Shown here: one piece after another, positions 1 through 11,327 of the stretch | How the letters are laid out: each line of letters opens with the position of its first letter | Position numbering within the stretch: position 1 is the stretch's first letter | The notes under the pieces: model-generated | Databases searched by the model: none | Told to the model about the DNA's origin: nothing | Seen by the model: the letters and a program-made list of their open reading frames with translations, nothing else | Position numbers and translations under genes: made by a program | Source of the DNA: Marsupella aquatica | Taxonomy: Eukaryota; Plantae; Marchantiophyta | Direction: 5' to 3' | NCBI GenBank assembly: GCA_973895155.1 | Contig: OZ316892.1 | Span: forward strand, 15,430,861-15,494,860 | Length of the DNA: 64,000 nt

Positions 1-878
1 AGGTAGAAGGGACAAAGTGACTGTCTGAAGCAAACAAGTTAACCAATGGCAAATATGAAGAAGAGCCTCTTCACCTAAGGACCACAAAATTTCGGCTTGA
101 CATCAAAAATAAAATGTCCTGCCAAAGGTCAAGCATCAAAATTCAAAAGTTTACGTTCAAGAACACCTTCCAGCTTCAATGTACACACCTGCTTTGAACA
201 TTCACTGAAACTGCTAGTGACTTGACTGCAGACCTCTTGGTATAGAGCCTCTGCATTCGTCTTCAAGAGGTCTGCAAACCCTCTGCAGGAAACCGACCAT
301 AAGAACCGATGCTCCAGGGTGCAGCTACACTGGAACTAAAGACAAGTCATCAATGAATAAATGCTGCAAGAATTTGTCCCCTTAGACCGGTTCAGATAAA
401 TTCTACATATGCCACGCGAGACGAAGTATTGTTGCTCGTTTGTATTCCTACCAGGTAACCACAAAGCTATCAAGACTGAAAACATTCCAGATCCAGAACT
501 CCTCGAGATGTCAGACACCTGCTGCCGGACAAGCCTCGTTTCAGGTAATATCAGGGTATGTTCAACCCTAGGACAGAACAACGGTTAGGAGGAAATGCCT
601 AAGAAAGCAGCTTTCTTGAACGGAAATCTTTGCTTTCTTGAACCGTAAGAAAGCAAAGATTTCCGTCCCAATAACTGGTTGTATGATGAGGTTCAAGAAA
701 TCTTTGAAGTTGAAAGGAATGCCATCAATGTCTTCCGGGGATAATTACAAGAATCGCCTGCTGATGGTTAACATTGTAGTCAATTGACTGTGCGTACTGA
801 GCATGGAAATTTCACCATATCACTATCGGAATTTGCCCCAGAAGTTAAGTCTTCAAAGTCTTGTCTTCTAAAGCACTC

Positions 879-882
<4 letters not shown>

Positions 883-939
<57 letters not shown>
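883..939. repeat. (GA)28 microsatellite
   Basis: Perfect GA dinucleotide run. It explains the ERERER/SLSLSL ORFs at 780-1026. Confidence 0.98.
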
Positions 940-940
<1 letters not shown>

Positions 941-1549
941 AAAATTCCTTCTCGGCAGTTTCCAACCAGTTGGTGACGGACAGGATGCGAACAATAGGTG
1001 CTTTTATGAAAAAAGATATATACTAGGGTTAGGGTTAGCACCATCAACAGGTAAAGGTCATAGTCGAGAAGGGGTCGTCCTCACTCTGAAAGCCAAAACC
1101 TAGGCAGTCAATTCCATCAGCTGCTAACAACATCCATGAACTGATGCTAGTGTTCAATGTTTCCTTCAAGGGGTTTCAGTATCTCACTGATGCAAAAGGT
1201 TATAGACAGACGCTCGTCGTTGCTGAACAGCTAGGAAATTCCGTAGAAGCTCCTCCATGCTGACTACGGTGCTTGTAGCTGAGATCGTACTTTCGTCGCC
1301 CACCATCCTTCCAAAGTCTACCTCCAACCGTAGCAGCAACAAATTTCCTCTCAGTCTGGGCCGCCTCTGACTAATCTTACCGCAATCATGGCAATGAGCT
1401 GGTAACGAGAATGAAAATCATCAGGCCTTGCATTATCAAAATGCCACCCTACCCGCTTCAAATTCTCGTCTGTGTAATATTCCGACAGGGACCACATTTA
1501 AGGGTACAGAAAGTAGAAAGAAAGGGGCTGGGTCACAGGTGTAGACAGA

Positions 1550-2205
1550 TTGCAGGCAGGTAGCAACAAAGACACCTGTATGTTGGAAAAACCCCAGGCT
1601 CCAACAGATGACAACGCCATACATTTTACATCAAGCATTATTGTCAAGCAGGCCACAGAACAGCTTCTCTTGAATGACCACTTCTACTACGAAATGGAAA
1701 ACACGGGGGAACGGAACAGGACAGTCCTCGAATGTATCAGAAAGTGCTCCGATTCGAGATCAGCACTGACGACCGTAAGTGAAACCGCGGCCATATCCAA
1801 AATAAGAAAAACAAGGGAATGACTCAATCACAGTGAACATTCGATAGTAGTTATGGACTTCGGAGAAATTCTGTAGGATGCTCTGAATAAAACTTAAGAA
1901 ATCGCCTAAAGTACAAAATGAACCCGGAAGCTACCTTCACTTGCAAAACAGGGACACTAAAACTTAGTGAGTAGTTTGCACAACACCTAAAGAACAACGG
2001 CGACATGATTTACTTTTCAAAACACCTGCACAATGAGGCAGACCTTGTGACAAACTTATGGAGTGACACTCAATTCACAGTACCGTTAGTCTTCCTGGAT
2101 TTGACCTTTGGTTTGACCATGAACCGGTCCTCGAAGGGCTTCAAATATGTGTGCCAAAAGAAGCACCACTTGCTGCAGAATGAACACCTTCCACATCTAC
2201 TGTAG
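1550..2205 (+). pseudogene. Possible decayed LRR-Roc-COR (TORNADO1-like) gene fragment
   Basis: Broken frames give AQHLKNNGDMIYFSKH...VFLDLTF, which resembles the COR motif LH..G.I.YF...V.LDP.W. There are many stops and frameshifts, and no Roc P-loop was seen. Confidence 0.2.
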
Positions 2206-2679
2206 TTTTTCGTTTTTTCTTTTGGAGGAAGGACAAAGAATGCAAGTCAATTAAACCAATCAAATACCAAATGTGTCGGTACAAGTGGCACAAGACCAAG
2301 TCTCGGCATTCGGACAGAGTAACCCCTCGAACAGGAACCAAGGGGATAAAACCTTAAAAGGCACCACAAAAAAACCTTACACCTCTGTTAGACACCTCTC
2401 GTACCCCTAATTGCAAGCCCCAACTTATGTCCCAAAAGGATATCTCTTTGGCATGAAAGAGTGAATTACATATCACACTCCCAAAGAACAAAAGTACCAA
2501 AGAACAAAAGTACCAGGCTGAGAGACAAGATGGCAAAGGCAAGAGACCCAATAAAGGGGATAAACCACGGAAAAGGCCAAAGAAGCCTAAGCGTCCCCAA
2601 CAACAGCAAAAGAGCTAAACATCCAGGTTGCAAACATCCATTGTAGCATTTTGGCAAACATACATGCGTACCCATACAT

Positions 2680-3260
2680 AACAGCCTTGCATACACATCT
2701 TTACACAACATACATCGCATGATACACATCCAATCATAGGCACAAACAAACATAAGAGAATGAGATACAAGTGGACCTCATATTCACTGATGTCCCAAAC
2801 CCACAATAATCTTCATAGAATCGAACAGTGATCAACGTCACCAATGCACACTCGATCACGCTCGATCTGATCACACACATATGTCGAGGCGCACGCACCT
2901 TGCATTCAAGGAATCCACATTTATACACACAAATGTGGTCCGCCACACCATAGTCGCCAAAGTTTGTGCTTAAAGGCTCAACGTCAAAAGATGAGGCCTT
3001 TGAGCCACCCAGGGGGTAACTATCCCTCCAAACATAAGCTGAACCTAAGTTCATGTATAAGTTTCAGGTTTTTATATGTGTTGAACTTATACAACATGAC
3101 GTACTCTAATAAAACTTATAATGGTGTGACAATTGTTGTGTGCATACACATTGCTACACAACATACATCGTGTGACACACATCCAATCATAGGCACAAAC
3201 AGACATAAGAGAATGGGATACAAGTGGACCTCATATCCACTAATGTCCAAACCCCACAAC
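2680..3260. mobile_element. LTR (~2680-3131, ends ...ATGGTGTGACA) followed head-to-tail by a truncated second copy (~3134-3260)
   Basis: About 110 bp direct repeat (CACAACATACATCG...CATAAGAGAATG.GATACAAGTGGACCTCATAT) at ~2700 and ~3155. An inverted homolog with TGTCA...TGACA ends lies at 27592-28034. Confidence 0.6.
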
Positions 3261-3433
3261 TATCTCCCTAGCTGGGAGTAAGGTCCTTTAACTCTAGCTA
3301 GCCATGAGTTCTACAAGGTTGATATACACCATTTTAGGTGTGAAGATCAAGAGGTGTGGTGCAAATAAGCCTCATCGATCACCTACTTGCAATCCATTTC
3401 ATCCAAGATAACACAAATGATAATTAGCCGGCT

Positions 3434-6160
3434 TTACCAACATTGAGGACACAACCATGATCAACTAGAAATCACCTCCAATGGTGGTGTCAAACACAAC
3501 ATGTGTCATCCTCTAGAATACTTATCACAAATTAACATAGTAGTTGCTCCCTGGGTAGATCCACACAATATACACTTCAAACCAGCACAAAACATTTTCC
3601 AAGCTTGGATCCATTATGTCATCAATGTTTGGAAGATGACATGGTGCACAGTTGTGCACATGATCCTTCCAAACCATACCATCGATCCCTCCAACATCAG
3701 GACACCAGAAGGCAACACTTCACGCATACGCAAAATAGTTTGACTTGTGGTCACATCAAGTGTTGTTGTTGCTATATGCTCCAAATAATATAATCATCAG
3801 GATGAAAATTGTCAAATCCTTGCACAATAACCCCTTCCACGAATGATCACATATCATAAAGTATCACAATGTTGGGCAATGGAAAGGTTGTCAAAAGCCA
3901 TAGGCATCACTCTCTCAAATAACCGTGCCCTTGCTCAACACACCTTGACCCAAACATCAAGATCATCCAAGTTCACAACAAATGCAGCATCACAATAAAT
4001 AGTTGCAGGTAAATTTGGCTCTCTACCATAGAGAAAAAAGTAAGGTGAGAAGTATGCAAGTGATGCCTATCTGCTGAAACAGTGGCCCGTAGCTATCCAA
4101 GGTAGAGTTGCCCCTTGCTAGTGTGACACACACTAAGGACTTAGACTAGTTTGGGGCTAGTCGGGTCATGGGAAGGGTCAGGCTTAGGGTGGACCGTTCG
4201 GACCCCTGGACGAACTTTGAGTTCTAAGGGCTTGAGTGATAGCTCCTCTTGGGCCCAAGGCTAACAAAGTTTACTTCATGCGCAACGGACGCTTGGCCCA
4301 TGAGATACTGCGCGGCCCAGGTTTGACCATCAGGGATCCCCAAGTAACGACAGGTTCTGAGGGCCTAGGCATGAGCAGTGGGTCGGTTGGTCTAGTCACA
4401 ATGGGTTAAGGCACTTTGCCAGTGGACGTCTAGCTAGGAAGTTATGGGCATATCAAGCTAGTTGTGTGCCCATGCGTGCGGGTTGGAGTCCAGGTTAGGG
4501 GCCAAATATAGGGGACCAAAGGCGGTCTGAGGGTGGCAGGTCTCTAAAACCATATATGAGGGGAGTGGTGTCTCACTGGGGGCCAAGGGTGAGTCCAAGT
4601 TGTGAGCCATGGTGGTCGCAACACTAAGAGGAAATGTCAAATGAAAACAACAATAATTGTTCACCAAGAAGTCTGTTGGAGGACTTCTTGGGCGCGTTGG
4701 AAATCTCTTGAGAATGACTACATCCTCTGATCTCATCTAGGTCGAGGGTTGTCATGGATTCTTGTGGTTTATGGGGACTATCTTGCTCGCTTGCCAAATC
4801 TTGCCAAAATAGCAGCCAAGACGCGTTGAGTTTCCCAAAGGAGCTTGCATTGGGGAGAAATAGTAGGCATGGAGGTTGAGTTCCAAGTGCCCTTGGCCCC
4901 TAGACTATCAATTGAGTGGAAACCTTGGAGTTGGTTGCTTAGAGTTAGGGTCATTCTGGTCCCAATGTTTTAGGACAAGCTAGCTATTTGGGCCATGAGC
5001 ATGTCCTGGGGGCAAGGTGGTCAGCTAGTGACGGAGAGAAAGTAGGAAGCACGGGCGGAACCTGAAGAGGGGTTGTCCTAGACAAACAATGAGTGTTAGC
5101 TCTGGCTTTGGCTTATGGCAAGGCCATGCACTCCCGATAGGTTCTATTCACTAACCTACTTACCAATGTCTATTGAGCTTGAGCTGAGATGCTAGTCTTG
5201 GAGTGCCTAGATCCCATAGGTTACTTACCAAGGTGTTTGGTTGTTTGTGCACATAGAGAGGACCATTGAGCAACAATCGTGTTAGGAAGCAAGTGCAACT
5301 TCAAATGGGAGTTGTCGTTGGAGGTGCAAGAGGTACCAAGTTGCTTGCTCAAGAAGTTTTGTGTAGGCGTTTGGGCACCAAGGGCACTTATGCAAGGGTG
5401 TTGGGATTGGTGAAGGCACTGGGTGGAAAGGTCCACCACAGGTAGTTGGAGATCTCAATCTCCTAGGTGACCAACTTGCAAGTCATATTTGCGCAATCCT
5501 CTCTTCACAGTTTGTGTAGCTCTCTCAGCCAATCCATCTACCTTAGGATGATTGCGAGAAGTAGTACAATGATCAATCAAAGCTTGCTCACACAATTCAA
5601 AGTCTCAGACTCTCCACAAAACTTTGTCCCTTGATCAACCAACACCTTGGCTTTTGCTCCAAAATGACTAAGTACTCAATCCAAAAATGTGGCAGTCACT
5701 CCTCCACTAGCTTTATCTAGCAACGTCACTAGTTCAATTCACTTGGAGAAGGACTCTAACATAACCAAAATATACCAATTATGACATTGGGTAAGATGCA
5801 ATGGACAAGCAAAGTCCAAACTCCATTGGTATCTCAGACCCATGATCGGCAACGGATGCAACTGGGGAGTGGGAGCATTAAATGATGTTCTTACTTGATC
5901 ACATACCACACACTTAGCTATCAATTGTTGGACATGAGTATGCATACCACGCCACCAATATTCTGTCTACAACAAGCTATCAGTGCGCTTCACACCAAAG
6001 TGACCAAACTCCTTGTGCGCATGTTGCAATACCAAATGCACTCGTTGTGATGGTTTTGGTACCACCAATACCTTACCATCACGCAGTACCCTCAAAAAAT
6101 GATTTCCTTCCCATTAAAATCTCTTGGCTTGTTATAGAACCCTATCACGCTCCTTGCCAT
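3434..6160 (-). pseudogene. Degenerate Ty3/gypsy integrase with C-terminal PHD finger (Selgy-like), interrupted by a solo LTR
   Basis: HKEFGHFGVKRT...CVVCDQV zinc finger, WSLDFACPL core and SPYFFLYGRE. The C-terminus reads CILC...MLICDK.SRG*HMLCLTPPLEVI...WLCPQC (3437-3574). Multiple stops. Confidence 0.85.
4106..5440. mobile_element. Solo LTR (~1.3 kb) inserted in the gypsy integrase
   Basis: Flanked by the 5-bp TSD GGTAG (4101-4105, 5441-5445) and ends in ...CA. Removing it rejoins the integrase DLQLP|WIA. An inverted homolog lies at 25932-27150. Confidence 0.8.
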
Positions 6161-6180
6161 CAACATTCTTGTAAGTGGTT

Positions 6181-7990
6181 CATATTTTCATAAAATTTGG
6201 GGGCCGCAAAAACCCCGTGCCAGGGGGGCGCCAGGCTCAAAAACATCCAAGAACCACAACAAGGGCAATACCCAACAAGAGCAACAGCCAGTCAACCACT
6301 ATGGCCAAACCCATAAATAAGAAAAACCCCTTCACAAGAGCCCTCTAAATGCATCTTATTAATCTAATATCGGACTACCCAAATCAAGCTTAACAGCTAC
6401 CCCACTCAGAGACAAGTGTGCCAACTTGAGTCAATGGAAGCCAATACTGCAATAGCCAAATGTAATCCAACAATCTCTATGCCTCAACCATGCAATCCTC
6501 TCCATGTTAATCATGTCCTTCACCCTCAGCAGTTTGGTGCATCTATCTGCCATCTCTCTCCATTCATTCATTTCTTTCAACCAAAGATCTTGAATTTTCC
6601 TTAAGCCTAAATTCTCACAGCTGCCATATCTTTCCTGCCCCACAACTGGGAGCCCTTCAAGCAGCGGAGCAAATTGCCAACTGACCATTGCCCCGGGACA
6701 CAGTCAGTGGGACAAAAAATCAGATGTGCTCGTAGCAATTCCCAAGCTTTCTAGAGTCCCCCAGTGTATGCAAATCCATGGAATGCCCTTGGGCAGCAAA
6801 GCCACATCTTGTATCAAAAGGTGTAGCCATTTCTCCTCACCACTTTAGAGTTTGCCCATCCAATTAGATTAAGACTTTCAGCAACCAACTTGGCCCATTC
6901 TGAATCAGGGTGATCAATTGCACTTGTAAATCATTTTGATAGGAGTGCATCCGAATGACTTTGGAACTTTTTAAAACCCAGTCCCCCATCCACCTTGGGT
7001 CTCAAGATGCAAGCCCAGGAAACCAACGACACCCTTCTTCCCCCTTCATTGTTGTAGCCCCACAGAGAGTCCTTGCACAATGTTGTCATCTTTCTTGCCA
7101 GACTTGTTGATGCTTTCAAAAACATGGTATGATAAATTGCCCGATAAATGGTATTGCTTGTAAGATGTGTCTGACTAGAAGAGAGCATCAAGTAAAGGTC
7201 AGCATTTTCTTGGTCCAAGAAGATAATCTTTGTCCAATTTTATCTAAGCAAAAACTGTGCAGCTGTTCCGTCTTCAGATCAACACCTATGGTGGCCCTAG
7301 GTATTTTTGTAGCTCCCCCATTGTGCTAATCACACACCCGGTGTTTCTCAACCACTCGGGAATGGTTGTCATTGCAAACGGTATCACTGTCTATAGATTT
7401 GCTTGAGTTCAGCCTAGCCCCTGTGGCCAATTCATAGCACTGCAATAGTCACCGCTATTATGCAAAGAAGGCTTTTCTCTATTATAGCAAGGATGAACAT
7501 CCCTAGGTCATCCGCAAAAAATCTATTACAGATAGTAAGTATCTATGAGACTTGAATCTCATCTAACCGTCTTGCCCCTATCTCAGCATCCATAAACTCC
7601 ATTAAGGGTTGAGTTGAGAGGACAAATAAGAGTGGCAAAAGACCGCATCCCTACCTTACCCCCCAAGCAATCCTATTTCAGTAGAAAGCAGCCCATTAAC
7701 ATAAATCCTTGATCCGCCTACCATAGTACCGCTTGTACTAAGTTTATAAATTGCCCACTTATTCCCCTACTTATTCCCAACAAATGCATGGTTTCCCAAG
7801 TGTAGCTTTGATCTACCCTATCAAAAGCCTTCTGAAAGTCTAGCTTAAGGAATAGCGCTTCAAATTTCCGATTCTTCACCCAGTCAAACATTAACCAAGC
7901 CAGGATAGTCACCTTTGCCCTCAATCCAGGTTGCTTTTAAGGCCTCCAAAATTCCATCCATCCTAACCAAGGTTGGATTAGCCTTGAAAA
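6181..7990 (-). pseudogene. L1-type LINE ORF2 (reverse transcriptase) remnant
   Basis: FLKLDFQKAFDRVD, GVR*GC.LLPLLF, FADDL and VSWACILRPKVDGGLGF motifs in broken frames. Confidence 0.85.
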
Positions 7991-8767
7991 GTGTCATCCT
8001 CACCCCCCGGTTCCCCTTTGCCTCCCTTCAACAATGCATACACAAAGCGCAATTGGGTCATGGTCAGAAAGTGTTGAACCCCCGTCATGTTCAAGATCCA
8101 CCAATTGATGGATCCAATCACAATTTTCACTAAAATAAAACCTATCCAGACGCGATTGTACCATAGTTTTGTTCTTGCTCCTACGCCAAGTAAAACATGC
8201 CCCCCTCGCTACCGCACCGCCAACCCGGGCCCTAATTTTGGGTTAACAGTATTACGTGCTTACATCCACCAATGGGGGTGAGGTTATGGGCAAGGAGGGG
8301 TGTAGTGGGAGTTTTTCTTGTCCTAGCCTAAATCAGGCTATTACCATATGTATGTATATAGATATCATAGGTATGTTTGGATTCCACGGCTAGAATGCAC
8401 CCACAGTTTAGTGACTTTGACTAAATCCCGGATTGGGGACTTCCAAGCCATTGCCAACAACACGAACTTGCGAAGTATTGTTGGTGGAAAGTGCAATTGA
8501 TGCATTACGTATCAACGGTGGTCCTGAACTCTGATGCCCATTTTAAAACCCTGCAAGTTTGGAATGGAGGAACTGCGCTGTCTGTCCGACATGATAGGTT
8601 ATGGTTAGTTCGGGTCAGGACATACCAAGCAGGAGAGGAAAGGGAACCCATAAATGAAACAGGCTTTAGGCTGTAAGCAGAGCCATACTGGGCGGGTCAA
8701 ACTTAACTCCCACCATTTTTCAATTCGTGAGGAGCTCCCATAGGCTGTGTTACGGGAGTAACCCTAA

Positions 8768-9089
8768 GGGCTAGGTTCCATGGGGCTGGGAGTAAGGAGT
8801 ACGAATGCTGTCAGAATTTGTAAGCCAATAAGATTGCAGCTTTTCCAGGGACTGAGGGCTGTACAAATATTGTATCAAGGAGTATGATTTTCCCTCACAC
8901 TCCCTCTTAAAATTCAGGGGTACCCCCTGCCCCTGTATAAGAATAGTATAGGGCATTCTCATTGGCTCCTGAATCAAAATTCATACATTTAAAATACTAT
9001 ATACACCTTGGCATACAGTGTATTTGGGCCCTAGGCGATGTCAGAGGGAGTGACCGTACTCCCTACCCCTGGCCCATGGAACCTGGCCC
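8768..9089. mobile_element. Tourist-like (PIF/Harbinger) MITE, 322 bp
   Basis: About 35-bp imperfect TIRs GGGCTAGGTTCCATGG... / ...CCATGGAACCTGGCCC, with TSD TAA at 8765-8767 and 9090-9092. Confidence 0.85.
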
Positions 9090-9286
9090 TAAGGCGGTAA
9101 CTTTGGATTAGGGCCTGGGTTTGAGATGCCCTACTAGCCAGTTCCCATCTCTACTTAGAATCTGAGAACTATACTTATATATAGAAAGATATAACCGGTT
9201 AAGATTTGATCTAGGAAAATTCAATAAAGAATAGCATTAGCATCATGTCTTTGACAGAGTGACACTAGCCACCCTGGCGAAAAAGG

Positions 9287-10228
9287 AAAAATCTAAAAAA
9301 TTAATTTGATGCAGATCTCTCTCTTTTGAGTCTTTGCAAAAAGAGGAAATACCTTTTCAATAAAGTGCCTTTCCACAAACGAAAGCGAAAAGGTAGGTGG
9401 AAAAAGTACCGCACCACCACTCACTGGCCTTTTCATATCGCAGGGAGGGACGGAGCGAGCGACTGGTAGTGTAAAGAAGCAAGAGCAAGAAGACGAAGTC
9501 TAGACTGTACTACTCTAACGACGACGACCAAGGCTGCTGCTCAGACAGTAAAAGTGCGTGACAGGACCGGGCCGGAAAAGAAAAAGGTAAAGATCAATCG
9601 GGGTAAAACTGGAGATGTACGGCATACTTCACGTGAAAGACTGCATTATAATGAGTACGTGGCGCTCCTCAAACGAAAAGCGAGCACGGCAGCGGCGCTC
9701 AGCCACAGGCGACTTGTGGCTCTACTTCGCTCCCACGTGAGCATTCAGCCAATCCGCGCCCTTTGGATAAACTTTTAGCTGGTGGATGGCCTTTGCCGGT
9801 CCGCTCCCGCCCCAGGGTGCTGTTGCTCCGGATGCCATCCCTCATGATCCCAACGCTTTTTGGGGTGCCCTTTTCCTTTTGCCTCGTAGCGACTTTTTGT
9901 TACTCCTCCTGTCTTATTAACTTAATTTGGCATGAAGGTGGGAGCATCGAGACAACGAACGAATCTCGCCATACGCTGCCAACATTTAAGTTGTTGAAGG
10001 GTTTTATGGGAGGTGGCTAAACTTGGTGGGGTTGGGGGCCCCCTTCTGTGTGCTGTTCTTCTTGTGTCATGTCATGTCATCATAATAATAATGGAATATG
10101 TGAGAGGGAGTCGATCGCATGACCGGTTGACCGGTTGGGTGGCCACTGGACTGAGGCCGGTGGCGGTCAGAAGTAAAATAAGTTTCTGCGCTTCAAAAAG
10201 GTATATTTTGGCACTGACATATCACGTG
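9287..10228 (+). promoter_or_regulatory. Putative upstream regulatory region of the CDF gene
   Basis: CCA1-binding-like AAAAATCT (9287-9294), G-boxes CACGTG at 9630, 9734 and 10223, CCAAT at 9749 and several AAAG Dof cores at ~9330-9410. The region is CpG-rich and TE-free. These are short motifs and function is unproven. Confidence 0.35.
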
Positions 10229-11270
10229 ACGAGACACGCTCTCAAATGCTTGGATTTTGATATCTCATCAGACGGGTGCACTTTTTTGCCCGGCGCAAGT
10301 TTTGATGCGGGTGTTGTCGATGCGTGTAACGTTTACCCTACCCGGCCTACCGGTGACTACTGCCGGTAGTCCGTTACCCGGTCAGAGGTGGCAGGAGTGT
10401 AGCCTATTACTACCGGTAGTCCTTGAGCCAGGTAGCCGGTCAGAGAGCAGTATGTAGTAGGCACGCTGTCGTCACTATCATCCGTGCTGTACTCTGGAAG
10501 GTTTTGTTAGGGCTTGCTGGTGCTTTTTCTATCATTCTGATGATCTGGTCGATCAACACACCGAGAGCACATTCATCGTCTTCTGGGGTGGCCTACTAGT
10601 ACTCTCATGCGTAGTGCGTACCACCTGGTGACACCTCCTCGATCGCTCCCTCGATCATGGTCTTGTTGGCTACAGAAAGAATCGATCGTCAATGTGCTGG
10701 TTCTTCGCACTAGAGTGAACTCCTTCGTCTTCAGTGTCTCCTTCCTCTTCAGTTCCTTCTTCACGCCGTGGCTACGTTGTTGTGGTTGTTCCTCCACTTC
10801 CAGCGCAGGAACTGCATGCTTGGTTGCGTGGGGGGTGATCCTGTTGACAAGTAGACGATAACGGTTCATGACAAGCTAGGGACTTTCAGAAGTAATCGGT
10901 GGACAAATCGGAGGGCAAGTGGTAGAGTTCTGATCGGCCTCGGCAAACCGGTTGTTATTTTTAGAAAGTGCTGGAGGTTTTCGAGATCGAGATTGCGGTC
11001 GGGCTGGTTGAAGGTTGAAAGTTGCAGGTCGCAGGTCTGCGCCTGAGGAGGTGCAAGGTCCAGATGATGAGTTCGCGTGGTGAGAAGGCAAGCAGAGAGC
11101 GCCGTAATGGCGATGTCGTAGGCGAGAGACGAAGTTGAGGACAAGGACGGATTTAAGACGCTGCTGGTTTTGATGTGAACGTCGCCTTTCCGTCTTCATT
11201 ATTCCCGTTGGAAGGAGAAACAGGCTTAGGAAGGCGCTGAAAACACTCACGCGTTCGAAACGCAGACGAT

Positions 11271-11327
11271 ATGGCACGTGCTTGAGACATGGATTTTTGT
11301 CGAAGAATGTTTGGAACAATCGTCTGA
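11271..11327 (+). promoter_or_regulatory. Two tandem uORFs (MARA*, 11271-11285; MDFCRRMFGTIV*, 11289-11327) just upstream of the CDF start
   Basis: Read directly from the sequence. The stop of the second uORF overlaps the main ATG (TGATG). Confidence 0.5.

Noticed and set aside
780-1026. ER-repeat / SL-repeat proteins
   Set aside because: They are translations of the (GA)n microsatellite.
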